Shown here in pieces: positions 62,099-64,000 of a stretch of DNA of 64,000 nt (positions within the stretch are counted from its first letter, which is position 1; the number at the start of each line of letters is the position of its first letter). Below the pieces are notes generated by a model, which did no database searches, was not told the origin of the DNA, and saw only the letters and a program-made list of their open reading frames with translations. The stretch spans positions 32,001 to 96,000 of the forward strand of contig JAWSUI010000003.1 of NCBI GenBank assembly GCA_033551855.1, read 5' to 3'. This stretch comes from Deferrisomatales bacterium (GTDB lineage Bacteria; Desulfobacterota; Deferrisomatia; Deferrisomatales; JACRMM01). The position numbers and the translations under genes are program-made.

Positions 62099-64000
62099 CT
62101 AGGTGTCCTCCAGGGCCGGAAGGTCCACAATGAAACGGCTGCCCCGACCGGGGCGGGACTGCACGTCGATCCTCCCCCTGTGCTGTTCGACGATGCTGTG
62201 GGCAATGGAGAGCCCCAGGCCCGTCCCCTCGTTCTTTGTCGTGTAGAAGGGGTTGAACACCTGGGCCAGGGTCTCCTCGTCCATCCCCGAGCCGCTGTCC
62301 TCCACGGAGACCCGGGCCCACGGGTGGGGTTTTCCGCCCACCCGGTCCGTCCACACCCGGATCTCTCCCCCGGCCGGCACCGCGTCCAGCGCGTTGATCG
62401 CGAGATTCAGGAAGAGCTGCTTGAGCTTCTCCGGGTCTCCCCGCACCTTGGGGTTCCCCCGGAGGTCGCATCGGAACCGTATGCTCCTCTTGCGACACTG
62501 CTCCTCGAACGTCCGGTGCCACTCCAGGGCCTTCGCCACTCGCATTACGCGGAATTGTGGCGGCTGGGGACGGGCGAAGTCCAGGATACCGCGGATCAGG
62601 GTCTCCAGGCGGTCGATCTCCCGGTTGATGTCGTCCAGCAAGGCACGGCCGTCGCCGCTCAACCCCGGCTCCTCCCGCAGGATATCGAGGCTGATCCCCA
62701 CCCCCGTCAAGGGGTTGCGGATCTCGTGGGCAATCCCCGCGGCCAATTGCCCGAGGGACGCCAGACGCGACATGCGCTGCACCCGCTCATCCAGCCGCCG
62801 GTGCTCCGTGAAGTCCTGGAGGATCACGGTGGCCCCCCGGGGCCGGGGACCCAGCGCGAACACGCTCGCCAGCAGGCAACGGGCCTCCAGTCTCCCCTCG
62901 GGTCCGATCTCGCAGGTCTCGGACGAGTCCTCCCCGCCCAGCACGCGGTTCACCCGCTCCAGAAAAGGGGGAGACATGAGGTACCGCTCCAAGGGATTGC
63001 CCTCCGGGGCCTCCTCGATCCCCAGGAAGCTGCGGGCAGCCCCGTTCATCAGGATCACCCGGCGCTGGGAGTCGACGGCGATCACCCCGTTGGGTGTCCC
63101 GTCGAGGATCTGCTCCCGCAGGTCCCTTTCCTCTCGGATCTCCTGCAGGTAGCGACGCGCCTCGATCGCCTTCGCCGCCTGCGCGGCAAAAAGGCCTAGG
63201 AGCTCTTCGTGGTTGGGGCTGAAGGACTCCTCCCGGCTTCCCTCCACGGCCAGGACCCCCAGCACCCGCGCGTCACTCACCAGGGGAACCGCCAACTGAC
63301 TGCGCCGCGAGGCGTAGGCGGTCCCTTCGCGGCCGGCCCCCCGGTCCGAGACCCGGAGAGGCCCGCCCCCCCTCGCCACCCACCCCACGATGCCGTACCC
63401 CAGCGGCACTCGCTCCCTTCCGGGAGGCGGCGGCTCGCCGGCCCAGGCCGCGAGGGAGAGATGGCCCGGGTCAGCGCCCTCCAAGAGGTAGAGGGCTCCC
63501 CCGTCGGCTTCCGTGAGCCGCAAGGCCTCCTGCACGACCATCCGCAGGAGCCCGCCGAGCTCCGCCCCCGAGGTCATCTGGCGACTCACCCGCTGGAGGG
63601 CAAGGATCTGCTGGATCTTTCCCAGATTTCCTTCCAGGAGCTCCCGCGTGCGCAACACGAGCCCCACGTGGCCGGCCACCGTGGCGAGGACGCCCGGAGC
63701 CGCGGCCAGCATTGTCGGCCGGGCACGCACCCAACGCCCCTCCAACACCCCCAGCACACCCGACGGTGCCCGCACCGGCACGAGGACCTGGGCGGCCCCC
63801 CGGGTCCGGGCTCTACCCGCCGAAGGATAGTCCTGCTCCCGAAACGCCTCGCCCTCCGCCACCACGACAGCCTGGGCCGTATGGGCGACCCGAGCGATCT
63901 CCGGCCCGCCGGCCGCGGGGCGGTCGCAAGCCCCGGCGTGGGCGAGCACCGCCGGGGCTTCCCCGGCCTGGGCCCGATACAGGGTGGCCGAGGCACACCC
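62099..64000 (-). CDS. GAF/PAS sensor histidine kinase (5' end outside the window)
   Basis: GAF segments, PAS, AHEIRNPL, NALDA, DSGSG, GTGLGL. Confidence 0.92.
   Translation of the reverse strand, partial: GCASATLYRAQAGEAPAVLAHAGACDRPAAGGPEIARVAHTAQAVVVAEGEAFREQDYPSAGRARTRGAAQVLVPVRAPSGVLGVLEGRWVRARPTMLAAAPGVLATVAGHVGLVLRTRELLEGNLGKIQQILALQRVSRQMTSGAELGGLLRMVVQEALRLTEADGGALYLLEGADPGHLSLAAWAGEPPPPGRERVPLGYGIVGWVARGGGPLRVSDRGAGREGTAYASRRSQLAVPLVSDARVLGVLAVEGSREESFSPNHEELLGLFAAQAAKAIEARRYLQEIREERDLREQILDGTPNGVIAVDSQRRVILMNGAARSFLGIEEAPEGNPLERYLMSPPFLERVNRVLGGEDSSETCEIGPEGRLEARCLLASVFALGPRPRGATVILQDFTEHRRLDERVQRMSRLASLGQLAAGIAHEIRNPLTGVGISLDILREEPGLSGDGRALLDDINREIDRLETLIRGILDFARPQPPQFRVMRVAKALEWHRTFEEQCRKRSIRFRCDLRGNPKVRGDPEKLKQLFLNLAINALDAVPAGGEIRVWTDRVGGKPHPWARVSVEDSGSGMDEETLAQVFNPFYTTKNEGTGLGLSIAHSIVEQHRGRIDVQSRPGRGSRFIVDLPALEDT

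Overview
GC-rich bacterial chromosomal segment. Gene content suggests an anaerobic deltaproteobacterium (Desulfobacterota/Deferrisomatota-like; inference). In order: (1) 1-13.7 kb accessory redox island with three cryptic selenoprotein genes that the ORF track splits or truncates at in-frame TGA (ArsS-type radical SAM, AhpC/TSA peroxiredoxin-like, DUF3179). Each TGA is followed by a hairpin starting exactly 13 nt downstream. The island also has an AhpD-like protein, a flavoprotein disulfide reductase under an NtcA-style GTA-N8-TAC-N22-TAN3T promoter facing a Crp/Fnr regulator, a cytochrome P460-family protein, two ECF sigmas, a large unknown lipoprotein, a DUF547 remnant and a frameshifted patatin. 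(2) DinG helicase, PHP phosphatase and a type II secretion operon gspC-K whose gspH is split at an A9 tract. (3) mreBCD-mrdA-rodA and radA. (4) A methylmalonyl-CoA/transcarboxylase-like cluster with XRE and IclR regulators. (5) A Wood-Ljungdahl cluster fhs-acsV-cooC-acsD-cooS-acsB-acsC-acsE. (6) A beta-barrel protein, ppiD, a nucleoside phosphorylase and a sigma54 two-component pair cut by the window edge. Two copies of a 209-bp MITE-like element (25-bp TIRs; 6-bp TSD on one copy) lie at 26.8 and 42.8 kb. All assignments come from motif recognition; no database search was run.
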